A DNA stretch of 61,106 nt from a bacterium (GTDB lineage: Bacteria; Patescibacteriota; Microgenomatia; Levybacterales; UBA12049), in NCBI GenBank assembly GCA_030698775.1, contig JAUYMJ010000028.1, forward strand, positions 1-61,106, given 5' to 3'. Positions 52,349 to 61,106 of this stretch are shown one piece after another; positions within the stretch are counted from its first letter, which is position 1, and each line of letters begins with the position of its first letter. The notes beneath the pieces were generated by a model. It saw only the letters and a list, made by a program, of their open reading frames with translations, had not been told where the DNA came from and made no database searches. The position numbers were made by a program, and so were the translations under genes.

Positions 52349-54166
52349 ATGAAGCGGGTTTTTGCTCTTTTCTCCCTCATACTTGTCACATGTTACGTGC
52401 TTGCCCTGAGCTTAGCCGAAGGATTATTTGTCACTCCTCATGTTCTCGCCCAGGACACGGGTTGGGTGATTGATTCTTTCCACTCGGATAATGTGGTAAT
52501 GAACACCGGCGAGGTTGTCGTAGCCGAAGATATTGCTGTCGACTTCGGCTCACTAGAAAAGCACGGGATTTACCGTGACCTACCATATGTTTATGAGGGG
52601 GAGAGCGGAGAGAAGTCATATTCAGAAATAAAAGTAAACCAAATTCTGCAGGATTCGCACGGGGCAACCTATGATGTGACACGCAATGAGAGCAATATTC
52701 GTATCAAAATTGGTGATGCAAATAGGACAATTTCCGGCAAACACAACTACCAGATATCCTATACGGTCAAGGGTATCCTTCGTGGCTTTGAAGGATATGA
52801 CGAGTTGAATTGGAATGTGACGGGGAATGCCTGGGGAGTGCCGATTGGAAAAGTCACATCCCGTGTGTCGACCGGGAATGCAAACCTTACTCAGGCAACC
52901 TGTTTTCAAGGATACTCATCGTATACAGATCCGTGTACGTATGCTATTGCCACCGATAAAAAATCGGTTACCTTTACAGCAACAAGGATGCTTCAACCCA
53001 ATGAAGGGTTGACTATCGTTGTCGGCTACGGGAAAGGGATCATCCCGCTTATTGTTGTTGAGCGGCCAAAAACGATGGTAGAAAAAATATTTGAGCCGTC
53101 CTCGCTTGTTTTCTTGGGGATACTACTTGCGGGTTCTGTCGGTATCGCATTTTTTCTGTGGTTTCGATACGGACGCGATTACTCGTTTATTAGACGTTCT
53201 GTATTGGATAAACCAACCGGTGAGAAGCTAAGGGAGATCGGCGAGCATGAAACAGTCGTTGTGGAGTATGAGCCACCAGAGAAACTCCGTCCTGCAGAAA
53301 TCGGTGTACTGACTGATGAGCGGGCAGATACGCTTGACGTGGTGGCAACGATAATTGACCTTGCAGGAAGAGGATATTTGACGATAACAGAGTTATCAAA
53401 GAAATGGGTATTTGGTGATACTGATTACCTTTTGACAATGAAAAACTTTGATGCAAGCGGATTGTTGCCTTATGAAACATTGTTATTTGACAAATTATTC
53501 GACGGGAAGAAAGAAGTCAAAGTGTCATCGCTCAAGACAACCTTTTATCAAGACTTGGCGCAGGTTAAAAAATCACTCTATGAAAGAGTAGTTGCTGATA
53601 AATTTTTTGAGAAAAGTCCCGAGAAGATGCGGTCAACGTACCTTATTGCAGGAAGCATTATTCTTGTACTCGGCTTTATTACGCTTACCTATGTTGTCAA
53701 CGGGGAAAGCGCGTACCCTGTGGATTTTGGGATCGGTGTGATGGTGTTGGGGTTTTTCCTTCTCGTACTCTCACCGTTTATGTCAAGAAAAACAGGCCAC
53801 GGACGCGAGATGTACAGGCGGGTAAAAGGCTACCAACTCTTTATTGCGACAGCGGAAAAATACCGCCAGCGGTTTTTTGAGAAAAAGAATCTATTTAATC
53901 AAGTTTTGCCATATGCAATTGTCTTTGGCCTAACTGCTAAATTCGCACAAGCCATGAAAGATATTGGGCTACCAGAAAAGTATATGGCCAGTGGATGGTA
54001 TGTCGGTGCCCATGCATTTAACTATGCGACTTTTTCATCCGGCATGAACGATTTTTCAAGGTCTCTTTCTACAGCAATTGCTTCATCCCCAAAAAGTAGT
54101 GGGTTCTCCTCAGGCGGTGGTTCCTCAGGAGGGGGTTTTGGCGGTGGGGGTGGGGGAAGCTGGTAA
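52349..54166 (+). CDS. DUF2207-family membrane protein
   Basis: Signal peptide, large N-terminal ectodomain, TM helices and a Gly-rich tail (SSGGGSSGGGFGGGGGGSW). Confidence 0.75.
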   Translation: MKRVFALFSLILVTCYVLALSLAEGLFVTPHVLAQDTGWVIDSFHSDNVVMNTGEVVVAEDIAVDFGSLEKHGIYRDLPYVYEGESGEKSYSEIKVNQILQDSHGATYDVTRNESNIRIKIGDANRTISGKHNYQISYTVKGILRGFEGYDELNWNVTGNAWGVPIGKVTSRVSTGNANLTQATCFQGYSSYTDPCTYAIATDKKSVTFTATRMLQPNEGLTIVVGYGKGIIPLIVVERPKTMVEKIFEPSSLVFLGILLAGSVGIAFFLWFRYGRDYSFIRRSVLDKPTGEKLREIGEHETVVVEYEPPEKLRPAEIGVLTDERADTLDVVATIIDLAGRGYLTITELSKKWVFGDTDYLLTMKNFDASGLLPYETLLFDKLFDGKKEVKVSSLKTTFYQDLAQVKKSLYERVVADKFFEKSPEKMRSTYLIAGSIILVLGFITLTYVVNGESAYPVDFGIGVMVLGFFLLVLSPFMSRKTGHGREMYRRVKGYQLFIATAEKYRQRFFEKKNLFNQVLPYAIVFGLTAKFAQAMKDIGLPEKYMASGWYVGAHAFNYATFSSGMNDFSRSLSTAIASSPKSSGFSSGGGSSGGGFGGGGGGSW

Positions 54167-54204
54167 GAGTTTTTTTACAAGATTCCCACTATACAACTTA
54201 AACA

Positions 54205-55389
54205 CTACATAAACTTCCCAGGAAGATTCTGGTCGATTATTACATATTGGTTACTGTCACCGATAGTATGTTGGATTATATTTCTTCCTCCCATATCAAG
54301 ACCCTCAACACCCAACATGTCTCCAAGCCTGTTGCGAACCCTATAGAGACTGATATATCTTCTGCCATTATCAGGATCTGTGTAGATTTTTTCAGCAAAA
54401 GATGGAAAACGTTCAAGTAAGCGTTCATGTTCAGCAACATCAACCCAATGATCCATTCCTCCCTCATTTGCTATGTGATAACCGGGATACACCTCCCGAG
54501 TGGGCTCGCCAGTAACATGTTCCATAAAAAGATATTCCATCGCTTCAACTCTCAATACGCCATAGACTTTCGCAAAACGAAGAACCTCTTGTTGTTCCGG
54601 GGAAAATTTCTGTCGTGTTAGATGATCTAGTTCTCTCATTACTTGGTACTGCTCTATGAGATCTTCTTTGTAGGGTCGGGTATTTACTGCCGGTCCACCG
54701 CTTGGGAGTTCCACCTCAGGAGCTCTACTTGTCTTAATAACAATAGGTTCTGTAATGAGCTGTTGGGCTTCTTCTGTCACCTTATTAATAGATCGAGATA
54801 CGCCAAGCCGTCTCGTTCCCCAATCTTTAGCTTTCAGAGCAGGATCAATGGAGGTCTCTCCGAAGGGATCACTATGGATTCTTTTTAACTCTTCATCAAC
54901 TAATCTTCGCATTGTTTTAAAATCAAGTCCCAATTTTTTTGCTTCATCAGATATAAAGAACTCCACACTGGGTTTTTTTTCCCCTTCATCCTCTGGGTTA
55001 TGAGTTGTATAGTGTGTAAATTCTAATACGTCGTCATGGAGCGCTGTAACGTTGCCGATTGTTTTCCATTTTTCTTTCGTAAAATCATATGAATCTGAGT
55101 GAGGGTCTCCGTCAGTAACATTATCTGAAGAGGTTAATTCTTCTTGCGAACCTTCTTCAGCGGTCTTTCTGGTTATATTCGTTGTTCTTGCACTTCTTAC
55201 ATCTTTAAACTTTGCAGCATTTGAAAGGCGAGAAAGTGTTTTTCGTATGGATGCAATTTTTGATGGCGCACTATCTACAATGGGGACCACCTTGGGAGCA
55301 GGTGATAAAGGCTTCACCTTACTTTTTGGTTCAGTCCTAGGCAAAATAGGTGATTCTAATCTGTCAACGTTAATTCCTCCGTCAGCCAT
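54205..55389 (-). CDS. hypothetical protein with a C-terminal protein-kinase-like (RIO/APH-like) fold candidate
   Basis: IVIK, YQVMRELDHL, YLFMEHVTGEP, LDMGGRNII and YVIIDQN follow kinase subdomain order. The N-terminal ~200 aa is low complexity. Confidence 0.55.
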   Translation of the reverse strand: MADGGINVDRLESPILPRTEPKSKVKPLSPAPKVVPIVDSAPSKIASIRKTLSRLSNAAKFKDVRSARTTNITRKTAEEGSQEELTSSDNVTDGDPHSDSYDFTKEKWKTIGNVTALHDDVLEFTHYTTHNPEDEGEKKPSVEFFISDEAKKLGLDFKTMRRLVDEELKRIHSDPFGETSIDPALKAKDWGTRRLGVSRSINKVTEEAQQLITEPIVIKTSRAPEVELPSGGPAVNTRPYKEDLIEQYQVMRELDHLTRQKFSPEQQEVLRFAKVYGVLRVEAMEYLFMEHVTGEPTREVYPGYHIANEGGMDHWVDVAEHERLLERFPSFAEKIYTDPDNGRRYISLYRVRNRLGDMLGVEGLDMGGRNIIQHTIGDSNQYVIIDQNLPGKFM

Positions 55390-55452
55390 AGAAACAGTAT
55401 ACTATTTATGATATAAATTTTCATTTATACTCCAGACTGTGTAGCAGGTCGC

Positions 55453-55998
55453 ATGAGTGAGAAGGAAATAATTTTTATAGTACATGAAAATCCTTGGATG
55501 ATGGAAGTGCTGGAGATAGTTGCTTCGCTCAAACTTCCTGATTGGTGGATCGGGGCGGGGTTTGTACGGAATAAAGTCTGGGATGTCCTGCATGGATATG
55601 AAAATAGAACACCCTTACATGATATTGACTTCATTTATTTTGATCCGGAAAATATTGATGAGGAAGAGGAAAAACGAATTGAGCAACAGTTAAAGGAACT
55701 CAGGCTAGACCTTCCGTGGTCTGTTAAAAACCAGGCCAGAATGGCATTTGTCCGCGGTGATGGACCGTACAAAAATGCTGAAGACGGACTTTCGAGGTGG
55801 GTCGAAACTGCGACCTGTGTTGGTTTGCGGTTGGATAAGAAGGGAAAACTTCAGCTTGCTTCACCGCTTGGAATTGATGATTTGATAGGGCTTCGAGTCC
55901 GCCTCAATAAGAAATCAGGGGTTTTACAGTCTGTTTTTGCAGAAAGAGTGAAAAAGAAAAAGTGGCTTCATATTTGGCCAAAACTTCGGATGGTCTGA
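55453..55998 (+). CDS. nucleotidyltransferase family protein (NTP_transf_6 / DUF925-like)
   Basis: LPDWWIGAGFVRNKVWDVLHGY...HDIDFIYFD. Confidence 0.7.
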   Translation: MSEKEIIFIVHENPWMMEVLEIVASLKLPDWWIGAGFVRNKVWDVLHGYENRTPLHDIDFIYFDPENIDEEEEKRIEQQLKELRLDLPWSVKNQARMAFVRGDGPYKNAEDGLSRWVETATCVGLRLDKKGKLQLASPLGIDDLIGLRVRLNKKSGVLQSVFAERVKKKKWLHIWPKLRMV

Positions 55999-56067
55999 AG
56001 CAATATTTTCATAAGAAAATAGAGCCTATAGCTTGAGATTTCGTTACATCTGCGCTACAATACACGA

Positions 56068-57096
56068 ATGTCTATTATTGATATTCGACCTGGGGTAGAA
56101 TATGGAGGTGTACAAAAAACAGCTGCAATCGCGAAATATTTAAAAGAGACGCAAGCCCTATTAACAACTCTTCCGACCGGTGTTCCGATTGAGCCGACAG
56201 CGACTGTGCATATTTTTGGCAGCAAATATCTGCCTGATGGGTCGTTTGATGTGTTGGAGAGGAATGTTCCGGATGAGGCATGTAAAAGCATGTCGTTTGC
56301 CTTTCCGTTTGGTACGTATTCATTCCAAGTAGGTGTTTCTAACATGGATATTGTCGATAGCATCCTTTTTAAAACGGTACAGTTATTTGGTGATCTTGAT
56401 GGTTCTGACGTAGAGGTTGATACGTATTCGCCAAATGGAGGAGGGGTTGTTCCGAGGGATGCGGATTTTTGGTCTTCATGGAAAAAATCATGGGATTTTT
56501 GTATGAAGTATGAATCGCAGATTTACCCAAAGGTCATTGACCAATTAATACCTGAACTCACACATGCCAGGGGAGATCAGCGCGGCGTTGATCTCTTCGG
56601 AGGGGACGGCAGGTTTGTAAGGCTGCTCGCGGGATATTTGCCTTTTTTGAACAAAGAAGCATCATTTGAGTGGCATGTGGTAGACAATGATGCCTCGTCT
56701 TTAGAGTCAGCAAGAGAACGTTCACGTTTTCCCGTGTTTGATAGAGATGGAAAACGACACGAGTTGGGATTCACCGTGCATGATCCCATCGATCTCACCG
56801 ATGCTAATAATAGGAAAGAATTATTTGCTCAGATTGGGAAATGTAACCTCGTTACGATTCTTGGGGGTTTGAATTCCAACGTTATCGCGACCGCCGATGC
56901 AGTTTCAATTGCAGAGGATATTCATAGGGAGCTTCTTGCTCCAGGGGGATTATGTGTTGTGACCGGTTTGACGAAGGTACTTCTCAATGCGGATATGTTT
57001 TCCAGTACTGGATTTACTGTTGAGCAGATGACCATTCCGCGAAATATCTGGACGCCCAATAAGCCTGAGCAGTTATATGTCCTTCGTAATCCATGA
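56068..57096 (+). CDS. hypothetical protein with a C-terminal SAM-methyltransferase-like domain
   Basis: VDLFGGDGRF (motif I-like), HVVDNDAS and LLAPGGLCVVTG. TACAAT lies 6 nt before the ATG. Confidence 0.5.
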   Translation: MSIIDIRPGVEYGGVQKTAAIAKYLKETQALLTTLPTGVPIEPTATVHIFGSKYLPDGSFDVLERNVPDEACKSMSFAFPFGTYSFQVGVSNMDIVDSILFKTVQLFGDLDGSDVEVDTYSPNGGGVVPRDADFWSSWKKSWDFCMKYESQIYPKVIDQLIPELTHARGDQRGVDLFGGDGRFVRLLAGYLPFLNKEASFEWHVVDNDASSLESARERSRFPVFDRDGKRHELGFTVHDPIDLTDANNRKELFAQIGKCNLVTILGGLNSNVIATADAVSIAEDIHRELLAPGGLCVVTGLTKVLLNADMFSSTGFTVEQMTIPRNIWTPNKPEQLYVLRNP

Positions 57097-57111
57097 AGTT
57101 TTCTTGCATAG

Positions 57112-58293
57112 CTAGACAGAAAGTAGGTCTACAAACCGGTTGATGAATGATTCGTTCGTCCCTGTAACATCCCCTGTTGTTCCTGAGACATCGACTGTTT
57201 TCTCAAATGCGACAGGGAACAAGCCGAATAATTTCTGGCTGGTAATCCCGGTGACCTGATAGATGGGTTCCCCGTCTTGCTCTGTGAGCGTGGTGATATC
57301 AACAACCGTCCCGAGATTTACATTCTCGTTCGTTTTTATAGATTGCGGGATCGTAATATGGTCCAGAACATGTGATGAGATGAGTTTGTCTACAGCCTGA
57401 TCGGGGAGGACAGGCACTTCTTTTGTTCCGGCAGGTGTTGTGATGATCAGTGTATTTGATGTGAGATCCCAGGAGAGTGGGAAATTGGTGACAGCTGCAG
57501 AACTATTGCGCTGGATCAGAAATTCTGTTGCACTTGTCGGCACAATTTTTATACGGTCTATGGCCAAACGTTCCTCAATATGAAAAAGGGCGTCCTCCTG
57601 TTGGAGCTCAACTTCAGTACCGTCTTCCTGCGTTGCCTTGACGATAATATGATCATCCTCCCGTTCCATGCGGATTTTTATTCCTTTTGTATTCAGGTCG
57701 ATTGTTTGAGTTCCGTCTTTCGTGAGCACCTCGATCGGTAACTGGGGAAGTGGGGAAGTGCGTGTGGTATCAATCAGTGAATCGTTAGGCAGTGATGCTT
57801 CATTTTGAGTCTCATTCTCGGTTTCGTTCGGATCTTCTGTTTCGGTCATATCCGGAATTTCAACATGTACCGTATCACTCGTTCTGTCAAAAGAAAATGT
57901 GGGCGATGGGATTTTGGTCATTTCTATTATCTCAAACTCGAGCGGCTGGTTCAGTTCCTCATCAATTTTTTTGCATTCCCTATACGTCGTTTTATAGGTA
58001 CGTTGTCCCTCTCCAACGCAGAGAACTTTTGTATCATCCGTGAGTTGCCTGTCTTCGTGACCCTCTTCTGTACCTGTGTTTTTCGGCTGGTCGTTGAGAC
58101 CATCTCCGTCGTGCGCGAGCAGTATTTTGTCACCAAGGACACGGGCATTTCCGAGGATTCCACCCGACACCGAGTTGGCGAGTATCAGCGCAAATATGAA
58201 GATGCATGAAAATATGATGAAACGAAAGAGAACGGTTTTACGTTTTCGTTGTTGATGCTTATTCTTCCTGACTTTTCTCCTGACACGATCCAT
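57112..58293 (-). CDS. membrane-anchored extracytoplasmic hypothetical protein
   Basis: Basic N-terminus plus the TM helix FRFIIFSCIFIFALILA, then an acidic linker. Confidence 0.6.
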   Translation of the reverse strand: MDRVRRKVRKNKHQQRKRKTVLFRFIIFSCIFIFALILANSVSGGILGNARVLGDKILLAHDGDGLNDQPKNTGTEEGHEDRQLTDDTKVLCVGEGQRTYKTTYRECKKIDEELNQPLEFEIIEMTKIPSPTFSFDRTSDTVHVEIPDMTETEDPNETENETQNEASLPNDSLIDTTRTSPLPQLPIEVLTKDGTQTIDLNTKGIKIRMEREDDHIIVKATQEDGTEVELQQEDALFHIEERLAIDRIKIVPTSATEFLIQRNSSAAVTNFPLSWDLTSNTLIITTPAGTKEVPVLPDQAVDKLISSHVLDHITIPQSIKTNENVNLGTVVDITTLTEQDGEPIYQVTGITSQKLFGLFPVAFEKTVDVSGTTGDVTGTNESFINRFVDLLSV

Positions 58294-58356
58294 ATATTGA
58301 GTACAACATCATATAGGTTTCCATGTCAAGTTTCATGGAGCGTCGTCTTGTGAGGA

Positions 58357-60423
58357 ATGAAGACTTGTGGTACCTTAAAAATAATGCCTGCACTTTCTCC
58401 AAGGGTAAGGTCGTTTGTCGGCGTTGCTATTCTCGTCGCGTTTTATTTTTTTGCCGGCAAGGCAGGGCTGACGTTAGCGTCTGTGAATCCTAGCGCAACC
58501 ATTTTTTGGCCACCAACCGGAATTGCCATAGGATGTTTACTTTTGCTTGGAATACGGCTCTGGCCTGCAGTATTTCTTGGAGCATTTTTGGTAAACATAA
58601 CAACGGCGGGGTCCATTTTCACTACCCTTGGTATTGCAACAGGCAATACACTTGAGGCCGTTATCGCGGTAACACTCATTAATCGCTACGCGAATGGAAG
58701 AAACACACTGGAAACCCCGGGCAATTTGTTCCGTTTCTTTATCCTCGCAGGTGTGGTGAGTACTGCGGTTAGCGCATTCATCGGGGTTTCAAGCCTCTCC
58801 CTCATAGGATTTGCAAAATGGAGCGATTTTCAGGAAGTCTTCCTTACGTGGTGGTTAGGGGATATGGGGGGAGCATTACTGGTTGCACCTCTTATTATTT
58901 CATGGTTTAATAGGCCTCGTTTCAATTTTCATCTTAGGCATATAAGCGAAATAGCAGTTGTCTTTTTTCTTCTACTTCTCACCACATTTGTTATCTTCGG
59001 AGGGTTTCTTCCGTTATCTGTAAGCAATTATTCGGTCGATTTTCTTGCCGTACCATTTTTTCTTTGGATTGCGTTTCGTTTTAACCAACGGGAAGTCGCA
59101 ACCGCACTTTTTCTCTTTGCTGAGATTGCAGTATGGGGAACGCTTCAGGGCTTCGGGCCTTTTGCGAAAGGCGCGTCGGTTGGTGACTCGCTTCTTTTAT
59201 TGCAAGCATATTTAAATGTTCGGGCAGCGACAATGCTTATGTTGTCATCAGTTGTCATCATGCATAGAAACACAGAGGAACTAGCGCGCAAGAGTGAGGA
59301 GCAGTACAAAACCCTTGTCGAAATGTCACCTGACGCGATTGTTGTGATGGATTTACAAACAAACATTACGATGCTTAATAAGCAAGCCGTCAGTCTTGTA
59401 GGATTTGAGAATGCCGAGGAGGTGCTCGGGAAAACCGCGTTCTCATTTATCGCCCCCGAGGATCACCAGAGGACGAGGGAGAACCTCGCCAAGCTCGCCA
59501 CGGTAAGACGTCTGACAGGTATAGAGTATACGATCGTCAGGAAGGACGGCACGCGATTTATCGCTTCGACCAGTGCATCAGTCCTTGTTGATCAAAGGGG
59601 GAATCCGCAAGGGATCATTGTCGTCGTCAGGGATGTGACGCATGAGAAAGAGCTTGATAGGATGAAGGACGAATTTATTTCGGTTGCATCGCACGAGCTA
59701 CGAACGCCGATGGCAGCAATAAAAGGGTATCTCTCAATGATTCTGAGTGGACGATACGGGCAAATAAGCGGGGATCTTCAGAAGCCTCTTGTCACCGTTG
59801 CGCTGTCCACCGACAGGTTGATTCAGTTGGTCAACGATATCCTGAGTATCTCTAGGATTGAGACGAAACGGCTCAAGCTCACACTGACGCTTTTTCCGCT
59901 TGCCAGTGTCGTTGATGACATAGGATCAAATCTCGTACCGATCCTAAGAGGGAAGCATCTAGGTTTTCATAACGGGGTCGAGAAAAATGTGAGAGTGCAG
60001 GCTGATCCTCAGAAGGTGGGTCAGATTCTCACAAACCTTGTGGGGAATGCCTTGAAATTCACCGATACTGGTGGCATCTCGATTGCTTCGACAGAGGAAA
60101 ATGAGAGAATTGTTGTTCTGATTACGGATACAGGGGTTGGGATTTCAAAGGAAAACCAGGAAAAACTCTTCCGTAAATTTCAGCAAGTCAGTTCCCAACA
60201 GGCAGGACGTCCTGCTGGGACCGGCCTTGGTCTTTACATATCAAGGGAGCTTGCCAAAGCGATGGGAGGCGATGTCTGGCTCGTATCGTCTGAGGTGGGG
60301 AAGGGGTCAACATTCGCCGTATCACTTCCAAAAGAGGGGACGACGCTTGCGGCAAGTGTAAGGCAAATACTCACATCCCAAATCCATACGGCGACTTTTC
60401 TGGAAACCCAACACCCTTCATAA
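58357..60423 (+). CDS. sensor histidine kinase (MASE1 membrane domain, PAS, HisKA, HATPase_c)
   Basis: ATIFWPPTGIAIGCLLLLG (MASE1-like), a PAS segment, the SHELRTP H-box, and N/G boxes (NLVGNALKFT, DTGVGI, GTGLGL). An alternative ATG lies at 58384. Confidence 0.88.
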   Translation: MKTCGTLKIMPALSPRVRSFVGVAILVAFYFFAGKAGLTLASVNPSATIFWPPTGIAIGCLLLLGIRLWPAVFLGAFLVNITTAGSIFTTLGIATGNTLEAVIAVTLINRYANGRNTLETPGNLFRFFILAGVVSTAVSAFIGVSSLSLIGFAKWSDFQEVFLTWWLGDMGGALLVAPLIISWFNRPRFNFHLRHISEIAVVFFLLLLTTFVIFGGFLPLSVSNYSVDFLAVPFFLWIAFRFNQREVATALFLFAEIAVWGTLQGFGPFAKGASVGDSLLLLQAYLNVRAATMLMLSSVVIMHRNTEELARKSEEQYKTLVEMSPDAIVVMDLQTNITMLNKQAVSLVGFENAEEVLGKTAFSFIAPEDHQRTRENLAKLATVRRLTGIEYTIVRKDGTRFIASTSASVLVDQRGNPQGIIVVVRDVTHEKELDRMKDEFISVASHELRTPMAAIKGYLSMILSGRYGQISGDLQKPLVTVALSTDRLIQLVNDILSISRIETKRLKLTLTLFPLASVVDDIGSNLVPILRGKHLGFHNGVEKNVRVQADPQKVGQILTNLVGNALKFTDTGGISIASTEENERIVVLITDTGVGISKENQEKLFRKFQQVSSQQAGRPAGTGLGLYISRELAKAMGGDVWLVSSEVGKGSTFAVSLPKEGTTLAASVRQILTSQIHTATFLETQHPS

Positions 60424-60432
60424 TTTTTTCTG

Positions 60433-60462
60433 TTGACAACGAAATATCGCGGGTGGTACGCT
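60433..60462 (+). promoter_or_regulatory. promoter, leaderless layout
   Basis: TTGACA-18-TACGCT, then 6 nt to ATG 60469. The ORF-track TTG start is the -35 box. Confidence 0.45.
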
Positions 60463-60468
60463 ACAACT

Positions 60469-60861
60469 ATGGCAACTGTTCTCCTCGTAGAAGACGACCT
60501 CACGTTGTCCAAAATGTATCGGGACCAACTCGAGCATGATGGCTTTGAAGTTATCACAGCTCCTGATGGGCAGGAAGGATTGACCAAAGCAATCTCCCAA
60601 AAACCCTCACTCGTCCTCTTGGACATCGCAATGCCGAAAATGGACGGGATGACGATGTTGACGGAGCTTCGTAAAGATGCGTGGGGCCAGCAAGTCCCGG
60701 TTATTATTCTCACGATTATGGACCCAAATGAGAAGATGCTGCAACAAGTTATGGCCCTCAAGCCGGCGTACTATCTCTTCAAGGCAAATTCAACGCCGCA
60801 GGATGTGTCGGATAAAATAAAAGAAATTCTTGCTTCCTCTCCTTCCAAACCCGTTTCGTGA
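60469..60861 (+). CDS. stand-alone response regulator receiver domain
   Basis: VLLVEDD, LVLLDIAMPKMDG and a conserved K region. No output domain is present. Confidence 0.85.
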   Translation: MATVLLVEDDLTLSKMYRDQLEHDGFEVITAPDGQEGLTKAISQKPSLVLLDIAMPKMDGMTMLTELRKDAWGQQVPVIILTIMDPNEKMLQQVMALKPAYYLFKANSTPQDVSDKIKEILASSPSKPVS

Positions 60862-60877
60862 TCGTGCCTCGTTATGC

Positions 60878-61105
60878 TTAAGAAGCCATCTCAATGGTTT
60901 TTTCTTCTTCGGTCGGAGGAAGGACTGTGAGGTCAAGAAGTCGATACCATGTCGGTTTCATGACAATAAAAACCGAGTCGTCGGTTTTGAATTTCCGCGC
61001 ATCGGGGTTTTGTGTAAAAAAGAACTCATCGAGTTGTTGAAAGTCTACGCTGCTTATATCCTCAAAGAGCGTTGCTGTTCCATCGATCTGGATATTTTTT
61101 TCTGA
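60878..61105 (-). CDS. hypothetical protein, C-terminal 75 codons (5' end off-window)
   Basis: My minus-strand translation is SEKNIQIDGTATLFEDISSVDFQQLDEFFFTQNPDARKFKTDDSVFIVMKPTWYRLLDLTVLPPTEEEKTIEMAS*. It is open to the window edge. Confidence 0.4.
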   Translation of the reverse strand, partial: SEKNIQIDGTATLFEDISSVDFQQLDEFFFTQNPDARKFKTDDSVFIVMKPTWYRLLDLTVLPPTEEEKTIEMAS

Positions 61106-61106
61106 G

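Noticed and set aside
60830-61105. Plus-strand ORF 60830..61105 from the track.
   Set aside because: It overlaps the response regulator end and translates to Cys/Phe/Arg-rich sequence. The minus strand gives a cleaner open frame to the window edge (60878..61105).

Overview
This is a 61.1-kb, gene-dense bacterial chromosome fragment. It reads with the standard code: TGA, TAA and TAG all end conserved proteins at the expected length. I count about 75 protein genes and saw no rRNA, tRNA or CRISPR array by eye. Recognisable housekeeping genes are proS, cysS, dnaX, ybaB, recR, rpsU, ybeY, two prs paralogs, a HIT protein, a DUF59-type Fe-S protein, a serB-serA fusion with serC, and uppS. There are two cis-regulatory RNAs. 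A T-box leader (5965-6165) sits ahead of a CsaA-like tRNA-binding gene and proS. A TPP riboswitch (28650-28738) sits ahead of a ThiY/ThiZ/ThiX-type ABC importer. The centrepiece is a 10-kb mevalonate cluster (32404-42399). It uses the archaeal-style HMGR / HMGCS / thiolase / DUF35 module, plus two GHMP kinases, an MDD-family decarboxylase, an IDI-like Nudix protein and uppS. The rest includes many orphan proteins, Pro/Thr-rich membrane-anchored proteins, two TrpR/YerC-like regulators, an ECF sigma factor, and a MASE1-PAS histidine kinase with a stand-alone receiver. This style fits a reduced-genome CPR/Patescibacteria-like bacterium, but that is inference only. Several structures are not explained by the genes. 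(1) Families of long imperfect palindromic intergenic elements are built from locus-specific short words, and some run into or sit inside coding sequence (dnaX, thiolase, gnd). (2) A heptanucleotide repeat frameshifts gnd. (3) A duplicated gnd 3' end brackets a 1.6-kb insert. (4) A yerC cassette splits an NDT-like gene. (5) Promoter-to-ATG spacing is widely leaderless, and several TTG starts in the ORF track are actually -35 boxes. All homology calls are motif recognition by eye; no searches were run.
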